Source: Chlamydiota bacterium
GTDB lineage: Bacteria > Auribacterota > Tritonobacteria > UBA1439
Reading direction: 5' to 3'
DNA: 18,879 nt
Assembly: GCA_037133055.1 (NCBI GenBank)
Contig: JBAXOY010000057.1
Location: forward strand, 1-18,879
A program made the translations under genes and the position numbers. The notes beneath the pieces are model-generated. The model was not told where the DNA came from. It searched no databases and saw nothing but the letters and a program-made list of their open reading frames with translations. Every line of letters starts with the position of its first letter. Position 1 is the first letter of the stretch. Below, piece by piece: positions 8,265-15,510 of the stretch.

Positions 8265-9386
8265 ATGGACTTCACCGTTCTCCACAGGGACACCGCCACC
8301 CAGGCGCGCGTCGGCAGGCTCTCCACCGCGCACGGCCCCATCGACACCCCCGTATTCATGCCCGTCGGGACTCAGGGAACGGTGAAGACGATGAGCCCCG
8401 AGGAGCTGCACGAGATCGGATTCGGCATCATCCTCGGCAACACCTACCACCTCTCGCTCCGGCCCGGCACCGACATCGTCGGCCGCGCGGGGGGGCTCCA
8501 CTCCTTCATGCACTGGGACGGGGCGCTGCTCACCGACAGCGGCGGGTACCAGGTCTTCAGCCTGGCGACCCTGCGCGAAATCTCCCCCGAGGGGGTGGCG
8601 TTCCGCTCCCACATCGACGGCGCGGCCCATTTCCTGAGCCCCGAGGGCGCTATCGGGATGCAGGAGACGCTCGGCTCCGACATCATGATGGTCCTCGACG
8701 AGTGCACCCCGTACCCGTGCGAGCGGGATTATGCTTGCAATTCGATGGAGCGGAGCCTAGAATGGGCCCTCCGCTGCAAAAATGCCCGCCGGTCGACGCA
8801 CGCGGCGCTTTTCGGCATCGTCCAGGGAGGGACGTACGCCGGGCTGAGAATGCGCTCGGCGGAGGAGCTTGTGCGGATCGGCTTCGACGGGTACGCCATC
8901 GGCGGCCTCAGCGTCGGCGAGCCCGGGGCACTCATGCTGGAGACCGTGGCCCAGTGCTGCGGGATCCTTCCCTCCGGGAGGCCCCGGTACCTGATGGGGT
9001 GCGGCACCCCGGTCGAGATCATCGAGGCGGTGGCGCGCGGCGTGGACATGTTCGACTGCGTGATGCCCACGCGGAACGGAAGGAACGGGACGGCGTTCAC
9101 CGCCCGGGGGAAGCTCCCCGTGAAGAACGGCGCGTTCAGGGACGACTTCCGCCCGATCGAGGAGGGGTGCGGCTGCGCCGCCTGCAGGCACTACACGCGG
9201 GCGTATCTGCGGCACCTGTTCAACGCGGGGGAGATGCTGGGACTCAGACTGGTGACATACCACAACCTGTACTTCTACCACCGGCTCATGGCCCAGATGC
9301 GCGAGACAATCGCCGCGGGGACGTTCGCGGCGTTCAAACGGGATTTCATCGACCGGTACGAATACGGAGGGGCGTCGTGCACATGA
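8265..9386 (+). CDS. tgt: tRNA-guanine(34) transglycosylase
   Basis: TPVFMPVGT.GTVK, NTYHL, LTDSGGYQVFSL, LFGIVQGG, GYAIGGLSVGE, PRYLMG, DMFDCVMPTRNGRNG, and Zn ligands CGCAAC...HN. Confidence 0.97.
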   Translation: MDFTVLHRDTATQARVGRLSTAHGPIDTPVFMPVGTQGTVKTMSPEELHEIGFGIILGNTYHLSLRPGTDIVGRAGGLHSFMHWDGALLTDSGGYQVFSLATLREISPEGVAFRSHIDGAAHFLSPEGAIGMQETLGSDIMMVLDECTPYPCERDYACNSMERSLEWALRCKNARRSTHAALFGIVQGGTYAGLRMRSAEELVRIGFDGYAIGGLSVGEPGALMLETVAQCCGILPSGRPRYLMGCGTPVEIIEAVARGVDMFDCVMPTRNGRNGTAFTARGKLPVKNGAFRDDFRPIEEGCGCAACRHYTRAYLRHLFNAGEMLGLRLVTYHNLYFYHRLMAQMRETIAAGTFAAFKRDFIDRYEYGGASCT

Positions 9387-9742
9387 ACATGCTGTCGACG
9401 GGGATTCTGGGAGCGGCGCGCGCGGCGGGGATGGCCTCTTCGCCCTCGGGCCCGGGGGGGGAGGCGCCCGGAATCATGTCCTACCTCCCGATGATCGGAA
9501 TGCTGGGTGCGATCTTTTACCTGCTTATGTTCCGGCCCCAGCAGAAGAAGCAGCAGGAGGTGAAGGATCTGCTCGCCTCCATCAAAAAGGGCGATCAGGT
9601 GGTCACCTCCGGGGGCATGCACGGGGTCGTGGCGGGGGTCAGGGACGATATCGTGGTGCTGAAGGTCGCCGACAATGTGAAGATCGAGTTCTCGAAGACC
9701 GCGATCGCCGCGGTGACAAAACGGGAGAGCGAGCCCACGTGA
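9383..9742 (+). CDS. yajC: Preprotein translocase subunit YajC
   Basis: Hydrophobic helix then FYLLMFRPQQKK, KKGDQVVTSGGMHG and KIEFSKTAIA. GGAGG at 9366-9370; ATGA overlap with the tgt stop. Confidence 0.93.
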   Translation: MNMLSTGILGAARAAGMASSPSGPGGEAPGIMSYLPMIGMLGAIFYLLMFRPQQKKQQEVKDLLASIKKGDQVVTSGGMHGVVAGVRDDIVVLKVADNVKIEFSKTAIAAVTKRESEPT

Positions 9743-10404
9743 ACGCCGTTACCATAGAACAGGTCAGGAAGAACCGGGAGGTCAACGCCTACCTGGAAAA
9801 AACCGACCGGTGCATGGTGTCGATGGGCTACACGGAGCACGGGGCGCGGCACGCCCGCATCGTTTCGGACGACGCGCGGGACATCCTCGTGAAACTCGGG
9901 CGCGGCGCGCGGGAGGCGGAGCTCGCGGCGATCGCCGGCTACCTCCACGACCTCGGCAACCTGGTGAACCGGGAGAACCACGCCCTCACCGGAAGCGCCA
10001 TGGCCCGGGACATCCTGCAGGGCTTGGGGATGCCCGCGGGGGAGATCGCCGACGTCGTCTCGGCGATCGGGCACCACCAGGAGGAGAACGGGGAGCCGAT
10101 GAGCGATATCTCGGCCGCCCTCATCCTCGCCGACAAGATCGATGTCCACCGCGGCCGCGTCCGCAAGAACAACAAGATGGATTTCGACACCCACGACCGC
10201 GTGAACTACTCCGCGAAGCGGTCGGTGGTCCTCGTGAGCCGCAAAAAGCGCACGATCCGCTACGACCTGAAGATCGACACCCGCCTCTCGAAGGTGATGG
10301 AGTATTTCGAGATTTTCATGTCGAGGATGGTGATCGCCCGGAAGGCCGCACTATTCCTCGGCTGCACGCTGGAGCTGGTGATCAACGGGGCCAAGATGCT
10401 GTGA
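9739..10404 (+). CDS. HD-domain metal-dependent phosphohydrolase
   Basis: GYTEHGARH, GYLHDLGN, HALTG, AIGHH, LILADK.DV and HDRVNY; overlaps the yajC stop. Confidence 0.88.
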   Translation: MNAVTIEQVRKNREVNAYLEKTDRCMVSMGYTEHGARHARIVSDDARDILVKLGRGAREAELAAIAGYLHDLGNLVNRENHALTGSAMARDILQGLGMPAGEIADVVSAIGHHQEENGEPMSDISAALILADKIDVHRGRVRKNNKMDFDTHDRVNYSAKRSVVLVSRKKRTIRYDLKIDTRLSKVMEYFEIFMSRMVIARKAALFLGCTLELVINGAKML

Positions 10405-10406
10405 CT

Positions 10407-10462
10407 AGCTGTAAGCTCTAAGCTATAAGCTTACAGCTTAGAGCTTACAACTTACGACTTAA
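10407..10462. repeat. Heptamer array (AGCTNTA / AGCTTAN, 8 units) forming a ~46-bp near-perfect palindrome
   Basis: AGCTGTA AGCTCTA AGCTATA AGCTTAC AGCTTAG AGCTTAC AACTTAC GACTTAA; centre of symmetry 10429/10430, with 19 of 20 pairs matching over 10410-10449. Confidence 0.93.
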
Positions 10463-10473
10463 GGGGAGGATCG

Positions 10474-12990
10474 ATGAATCGCAACCTGCGCTGGAGAATC
10501 ACGCTCATCTTCGCGGTGCTCCTTGTCTGCTTCTACTACATCTACCCGACGGCGCGCTGGGCGGGACTCTCGCCCGAGGCGCGGAAGGGCATCGAGAAGG
10601 AGTGGGCGGCCCGCGATCCGGAGGTGGACGGCGAGGGAATAAGCGCCCGACTCTTCTACTCGCTTGAGAAGTGGTTCCGCGGCGACCCGCGCAGGGTCCT
10701 GAACCTCGGCCTCGACTTGAGGGGCGGCATGCACGTGGTGCTCCAGGTGGAGACGAAAGAGCTTCCCGAGGACGCCAGGAGGGATGCGCGGGAACGGTCG
10801 CTCGAGATCATCAGAAACCGCGTGGACGAGTTCGGCGTCGCCGAACCCTCCATTTTTCCCGAGGGGCGCGACCGCATCGTGGTCCAGCTTCCCGGCATCG
10901 ACGACCCGCAGCGCGCCCTTGCCCTGATCGGGAAAACCGCCCTCCTCGAGTTCAAGCTGGTCTCCGAGGACATGCTCGCGCAGCGGACGCTCAACAAGAT
11001 CAACGCGAAAAAACCGATCCTCCAGTACCTCGAGGACGAAAAGGGGCGCACCAACGACGGGGTCGGCTACACCTACTGGCAGATCCCCGAGAAAAAGGTG
11101 AAGCTCGTCGAGGCCATCATCGCCTCCCCCGAGGTGAAGGAGCTCGTCCCCCAGGGCTACGAGTTCCAGTTCGGCCGCACGCTCCCGTCCCCCCGGACGA
11201 AAGACCGCGTGAAGGGGCTTTACCTGATCCAGAGCGAGGCGGTCATCAAGGGGCTCTCGCTCAAAAACGCCAAGCTGAGCCGCGCCGGCGCGTTCAACCA
11301 GCCCGTGGTGACGATGGACTTCGATCGCGAGGGGATGCGGAAGCTCCGCATCGTCTCCGGCGAGGCGGAGAGAAAGTACAAGGACCCGAAGAACCCGGTG
11401 GTGGCCCGCCTGGGCATCGTCCTCGACGACGTCGTGTATTCCGCGCCGCTCATGATGGTCAAGCTTGACTCGAGCCCCTTCATCGAGGGGCGGTTCACCG
11501 TCGAGGAGGCGAACGACCTCGCGATCGTCCTCAGGGCGGGCTCGCTGCCGGCCCCCGTGAAGATCGCGGAGAACAGGATGGTGGGGCCGAGCCTCGGCCG
11601 CGATTCGATCCTTGCCGGCGTGAAGGCCTCGCTGCTCGGCCTCATTTTCGTCGCGGTCTTCATGGCGGTGTACTATCTCCGGGGGGGCATCGTCGCCGAT
11701 TTTGCCCTGCTCTTCAACGGCCTTTTGATGATCGCCGCGCTGTCGATGTTTCGCGCCACGCTCACCCTCCCGGGCATCGCCGGCATCATCCTCAGCCTCG
11801 GCATGGCGGTCGATGCAAACGTCCTCATCTTCGAGCGCATGAGAGAAGAGCTCGCCATCGGGAGGAAGATACGGGCAGCAATCGAGAACGGCTATGCCAA
11901 GGCGTTCGTCACGATCATCGACTCGAACCTCACCACGCTCGCCGCGGCGCTCATCCTCTACTGGATAGGCACGGGCCCCGTGCGGGGGTTCGCGGTCACC
12001 CTGAGCATCGGTATCCTCACCAGCATGTGGACCGCCCTGTTCGTCACGCGCGCGATATTCGACTGCATGTGCCTCAAACCGTCGTTCACGCGCCTCCGCA
12101 TGCTTCAGGCGATCAAAATGACGAAGATCGATTTCATCGGAAAGCTCTGGTACGCGATCGGGCTCTCCACGATCATCATCGCGGTCGGAATGTACAGCTT
12201 CTTCCACAGGGGATGGAGGAACAATTTCGGCGTCGACTTCAGCGGCGGCGCGCTCCAGCAATACGGCTTCGCCAAGCCGGTGAACATGGCGGAGGTCCGG
12301 AGCACGCTGAAAGAGATCGGCCTCCAGGAGACGATGCTCCAGAACGTCGAAGGAGGGAGAGAGCTCATCATCAAGACCGCCACTGACCAGAGCGCTCAGA
12401 TGCTGGAACTCTTCAAGAAGAAATTCCCCGATAATCCCTCCTTGCTCCTCAGGTCCGAGGTCGTCGGGCCGGTGGCCGGCAGGGCTCTCAGGCAGCAGGC
12501 CGTGATGGGGCTGCTGCTCTCCTTCGTCGCCATCATCATCTACGTCTGGATCAGGTTCCACAGCATACAGTACGGCCTCGGGGGCGTGCTCGCCCTGGTC
12601 CATGATGTGTTCGTCACCGTGGCCCTCTGTGCGCTCACGAACCGGCCGTTCGACCTGGGGATCATCGCGGCGCTCCTTACCATCGTCGGCTTCTCGATCA
12701 ACGACACCATCGTGATCTTCGACCGCATCCGCGAGGATTTGCGGATCATGAAGAAGGCGAGCTTCAGGGATATCGTCAACCTGAGCATCAACCAGACGCT
12801 CTCGCGCACCATCATCACCTCGCTCACCGCATTGATGACGGTCGTCTGCATATTCATCTGGGGCGGGAGCGTGATCCACGACTTCGCCTTCGCCCTCATC
12901 GTCGGCATGATCTCGGGCATCTACTCCACGGTCTATATCGCGGCGCCGATCCTGATCCTCTGGCCGGGGGCGCGGAGGGGAGCGGCGTAG
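10474..12990 (+). CDS. secDF: Fused protein translocase subunit SecDF
   Basis: LGLDLRGG, RVDEFGVAEP, IVVQLPG, LRAGSLP, VGPSLG, TLPGIAG..LS.GMAVDANVLIFER, IDSNLTT, FGVDFSGG, GFSINDTIVIFDRIRE and TLSRT. SD site GGAGGA upstream. Confidence 0.96.
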   Translation: MNRNLRWRITLIFAVLLVCFYYIYPTARWAGLSPEARKGIEKEWAARDPEVDGEGISARLFYSLEKWFRGDPRRVLNLGLDLRGGMHVVLQVETKELPEDARRDARERSLEIIRNRVDEFGVAEPSIFPEGRDRIVVQLPGIDDPQRALALIGKTALLEFKLVSEDMLAQRTLNKINAKKPILQYLEDEKGRTNDGVGYTYWQIPEKKVKLVEAIIASPEVKELVPQGYEFQFGRTLPSPRTKDRVKGLYLIQSEAVIKGLSLKNAKLSRAGAFNQPVVTMDFDREGMRKLRIVSGEAERKYKDPKNPVVARLGIVLDDVVYSAPLMMVKLDSSPFIEGRFTVEEANDLAIVLRAGSLPAPVKIAENRMVGPSLGRDSILAGVKASLLGLIFVAVFMAVYYLRGGIVADFALLFNGLLMIAALSMFRATLTLPGIAGIILSLGMAVDANVLIFERMREELAIGRKIRAAIENGYAKAFVTIIDSNLTTLAAALILYWIGTGPVRGFAVTLSIGILTSMWTALFVTRAIFDCMCLKPSFTRLRMLQAIKMTKIDFIGKLWYAIGLSTIIIAVGMYSFFHRGWRNNFGVDFSGGALQQYGFAKPVNMAEVRSTLKEIGLQETMLQNVEGGRELIIKTATDQSAQMLELFKKKFPDNPSLLLRSEVVGPVAGRALRQQAVMGLLLSFVAIIIYVWIRFHSIQYGLGGVLALVHDVFVTVALCALTNRPFDLGIIAALLTIVGFSINDTIVIFDRIREDLRIMKKASFRDIVNLSINQTLSRTIITSLTALMTVVCIFIWGGSVIHDFAFALIVGMISGIYSTVYIAAPILILWPGARRGAA

Positions 12991-13003
12991 CGCGGCACCA
13001 CAA

Positions 13004-13029
13004 CGCCGGGACGCAGAGTGCGCAGATAC
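13004..13029. repeat. Short copy of the ACGCAGA(T) repeat family
   Basis: CGCCGGGACGCAGA GTGCGCAGATAC; the first 14 bp are identical to 14986-14999. Confidence 0.65.
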
Positions 13030-13048
13030 TGCAGTGTACCCTGACGAT

Positions 13049-14020
13049 ATGCCCCCATCCGTCTCCAAGGTCACATCGCTCCTCGTCGTGAGCCTCGGGG
13101 GCCTCGGGGATTTCGTGACCCGGTGGCCCCTGTGGCAGTCCTTCCGGCGCTCCTTCCCCGGCGCGAGGATCGCCTACCTCGGCTATCCGCGCCATGCCTG
13201 CCTGCTCCGCGGAGCGGGCCTCTGCGACGAGGCCCTCCAATTTGACGCGCCCCGCTGGGCGGCCCCGGAGAAATGCCCCCGCGTCTTCGACATCGTGGTC
13301 TCCGCCCTAGGCGGCCGCGGCGCGGACTGGGCGGAGCGCCTGAAAACCGCCGCGGGGGCCTCCCGGCTTCTCTCGCTGGAGCCGTTTCCCCCCGCGGAGG
13401 CGCGGATATCCGTCGGCGCGCATATCGACGCACAGATCCGCGCGTCCGGTCTGGCGGACCCCGGCCCCCTGCGCTGCGGCCTGCCGGCGGATGCGGTCGC
13501 GTGGGCCGCGGCATGGCGGGGAGCCCGCGGGCTGTCGTGCGCGGAGACCGTAGCCATCCACCCCGGGAGCGGATCGGAGGGGAAAAACTGGCCGCGCGAG
13601 AGGTATGAAGCCCTCGCATCCTCCCTGGCGGGGTCCGGCACGCGGGTGCTGGTATTCCGGGGCGACGCCGAGAGGGATCGGGGCGAAAGGGCATGGTCCG
13701 ATATGCCCGGCGTCGTGCACGCATCCGGCTTCGACGTGGCGCAGGCGGCGGCTCTCCTGTCCGGATGCCGGCACTACGTCGGGAACGACAGCGGCATATC
13801 CCACCTTGCGGCGCTTCTCGGCGTCCCGTCGGCGGTGATCTTCGGCCCCACGGACCCCGCCGTGTGGGCGCCGCGGGGTAAGCGCGTCACGGTGGTGACG
13901 GGCCGCGCCGCCTGCGCGCCGTGTGGAACGGAGGGGATGCGGGAATGCCGGGACCGGCTTTGTCTGGCGGAAATCGGGGTGGGGGAGGTAAAAGAAAAGT
14001 GCGAAGGGTGTGAAGGGTGA
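13049..14020 (+). CDS. Glycosyltransferase family 9 (ADP-heptose:LPS heptosyltransferase-like); alternative GTG start at 13034
   Basis: GGLGDFV, FPGARI, IHPGSGS..KNWP, VGNDSGISHLAA.LGVP...IFGPTDP..WAP and C-terminal CAPC...C...C. Confidence 0.9.
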   Translation: MPPSVSKVTSLLVVSLGGLGDFVTRWPLWQSFRRSFPGARIAYLGYPRHACLLRGAGLCDEALQFDAPRWAAPEKCPRVFDIVVSALGGRGADWAERLKTAAGASRLLSLEPFPPAEARISVGAHIDAQIRASGLADPGPLRCGLPADAVAWAAAWRGARGLSCAETVAIHPGSGSEGKNWPRERYEALASSLAGSGTRVLVFRGDAERDRGERAWSDMPGVVHASGFDVAQAAALLSGCRHYVGNDSGISHLAALLGVPSAVIFGPTDPAVWAPRGKRVTVVTGRAACAPCGTEGMRECRDRLCLAEIGVGEVKEKCEGCEG

Positions 14021-14067
14021 GAAAGGTGTTACTGCCCATCTACGCCGATACGCGCATACGCACACAC
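13994..14067. repeat. 9-mer array (GAARRGTGN x4) followed by an 8-mer array (ATACGCNN x3)
   Basis: GAAAAGTGC GAAGGGTGT GAAGGGTGA GAAAGGTGT at 13994-14029; CTACGCCG ATACGCGC ATACGCAC at 14040-14063. Confidence 0.65.
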
Positions 14068-14952
14068 TGGGTTAGGGGTAACAGGCTCGTGCATACGGGA
14101 ATCCGCTGGCTCATCGTGGGTGGCTACCTCCTCACGCTCCCCTTCATGCGGCGCGGGTGGGACCTGGTCCGCACGCGGGGAGGGGATCCCGCCGCCGATG
14201 CGCTGCCCCTCGCCGCGGGTCTCGCGCTCGTCGCCGCGCTCGCCTGGTACCTCGTCGCGAAAAAAAGGGAGGTCAGGATATCCGTCTATCTCCTGCTCGC
14301 CGGGGTCTGCGGCGTCTCCGCGGCCCTCTTCTGCTCACTCCGCGAGCCGATCATGAGAATCCACATCGCCCAGTACGCGCTCATGAGCATCTTCGTGTTC
14401 TGGGCGATGGAGGGGGAGAGAGAGGGATGGACGTTCTGTCTATGGGCGGCACTTGTCACCTCCGAACTGGGACTCGCCGACGAGTCGTTCCAGGGGCTTC
14501 TCCCGTCGAGAATTTACGATCTCCAGGATGTCTTCCTCAACGTCAAGGCGGCGATCCTCGGCCAGGCGGTGGTCCTGCTGGTGCTGAGGCCGTGGGAATC
14601 CCACGGCCGCGCGCCGCGGCCGGCGGGGGAAAGAAATCGCGCGGCGTTTACCGCGATCGCGTTCTCGCTCGTCACGCTGCTCGCCCTGCTGAACATCGCC
14701 CTCATCGAGAAAGGGACGCCGACACTCGGCGGATGGGGGAACGCGGTCGTGAAGGGCCGGGACGGGTTTCGCTTCTTTGGCGCCGCGGCGGTCGCCGCGA
14801 ATGCGGTCGTGATCATCGCCGCCTCGATCCTCGCCGCCGCGGGGGGTCCGCTCCGGGGCGCGGCGCGCGCTCTGCGCGCCGCCGCCGTCTGCGGCCTGCT
14901 CTCGCCGCTTATCCTCATCGCGGGGAGACTGCTCGGGATGCGGTTCCGCTAG
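14017..14952 (+). CDS. VanZ-like integral membrane protein (start uncertain; GTG at 14089 is also plausible)
   Basis: Many hydrophobic helices; IHIAQYALM...GLADESFQGLLPSRIYDLQDVFLN resembles the VanZ-family H..Y / DE..Q...P.R..D..D...N pattern. Confidence 0.7.
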   Translation: MRKVLLPIYADTRIRTHWVRGNRLVHTGIRWLIVGGYLLTLPFMRRGWDLVRTRGGDPAADALPLAAGLALVAALAWYLVAKKREVRISVYLLLAGVCGVSAALFCSLREPIMRIHIAQYALMSIFVFWAMEGEREGWTFCLWAALVTSELGLADESFQGLLPSRIYDLQDVFLNVKAAILGQAVVLLVLRPWESHGRAPRPAGERNRAAFTAIAFSLVTLLALLNIALIEKGTPTLGGWGNAVVKGRDGFRFFGAAAVAANAVVIIAASILAAAGGPLRGAARALRAAAVCGLLSPLILIAGRLLGMRFR

Positions 14953-14985
14953 CATGAAACAGGAATTCAGCGTTACACGCTTCAC

Positions 14986-15381
14986 CGCCGGGACGCAGAT
15001 GAACGCAGATCGTCAGGATGGACGCGGATAAAGATGAGTTTCACCACGAAGAAAACGGCAAAGAGACTCTGGACGCGGATCGCCGCGGATGAACGCGGAT
15101 AAAATGCGGAACAAAGATACAAAGGCTTTTGGGACGCAGATGAACGCAGAGCACGCAAATACCACAATGGGTCAAGATTAAAGGCTCGCGATGGGAGCAC
15201 GCGGCGTTAAAAATCCGCGTTCATCCGCGGCAATCCGCGTCCCATCTGCTTTTGTAAAAGAATGGCGTCTCAACTATTCTCTATGGTATCTGCGTTCATC
15301 TGCGAAATCCGCGTCCAATTCGGGTATCCCGCCGCTTTTGTCCCCGTTTTGTATCCTGACGATCTGCGTGCATCTGCGTGC
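14986..15381. repeat. Gene-free block of six ~30-bp decamer-triplet repeats (unit GRACGCRGAT), three forward then three inverted
   Basis: A 14991-15019 pairs with A' 15353-15381 (27/29). B 15071-15100 pairs with B' 15213-15242 (29/30). C 15132-15164 pairs with C' 15284-15316 (imperfect, shared ACCA end). Confidence 0.92.
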
Positions 15382-15440
15382 TACGTTAAAGCCTGATCAG
15401 AATAGGAGTTGTCCTCCCCAAGATGCGTCCCCTTACGTCA

Positions 15441-15505
15441 CGCGGGCATTTTCGCTTGATTTGCCCGCGGGCGGGATGCTAGTGTAAGGTCCAGTCACAA
15501 GGAGG
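15441..15505 (+). promoter_or_regulatory. Putative sigma70 promoter, operator-like inverted repeat and ribosome binding site
   Basis: TTGATT 15456-15461, 18-bp spacer, TGc-TAGTGT 15477-15485; CGCGGGCA (15441-15448) and TGCCCGCG (15462-15469) flank the -35; AAGGAGG at 15499-15505. Confidence 0.5.
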
Positions 15506-15510
15506 GTCCG

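Noticed and set aside
8183..9382. 400-aa N-terminal extension of YajC (519-aa ORF)
   Set aside because: Alternative-frame overlap of tgt with Arg/Gly/Pro-rich composition; yajC has its own SD site and ATG at 9383.
10459..13074. 871-aa minus-strand ORF
   Set aside because: Antisense shadow of secDF, expected from GC-rich codon bias, with no recognisable motifs.
14991..15381. CRISPR array (~30-bp repeats with unique spacers)
   Set aside because: Half of the blocks are inverted, the blocks are internally periodic and non-identical, and no cas genes are in the window.
14982..15487. Short ORFs across the inverted-repeat block (72 aa minus strand, 98 aa plus strand)
   Set aside because: Translations reflect the DNA repeats (RSSAAIRV-like) and have no convincing SD site or domain.
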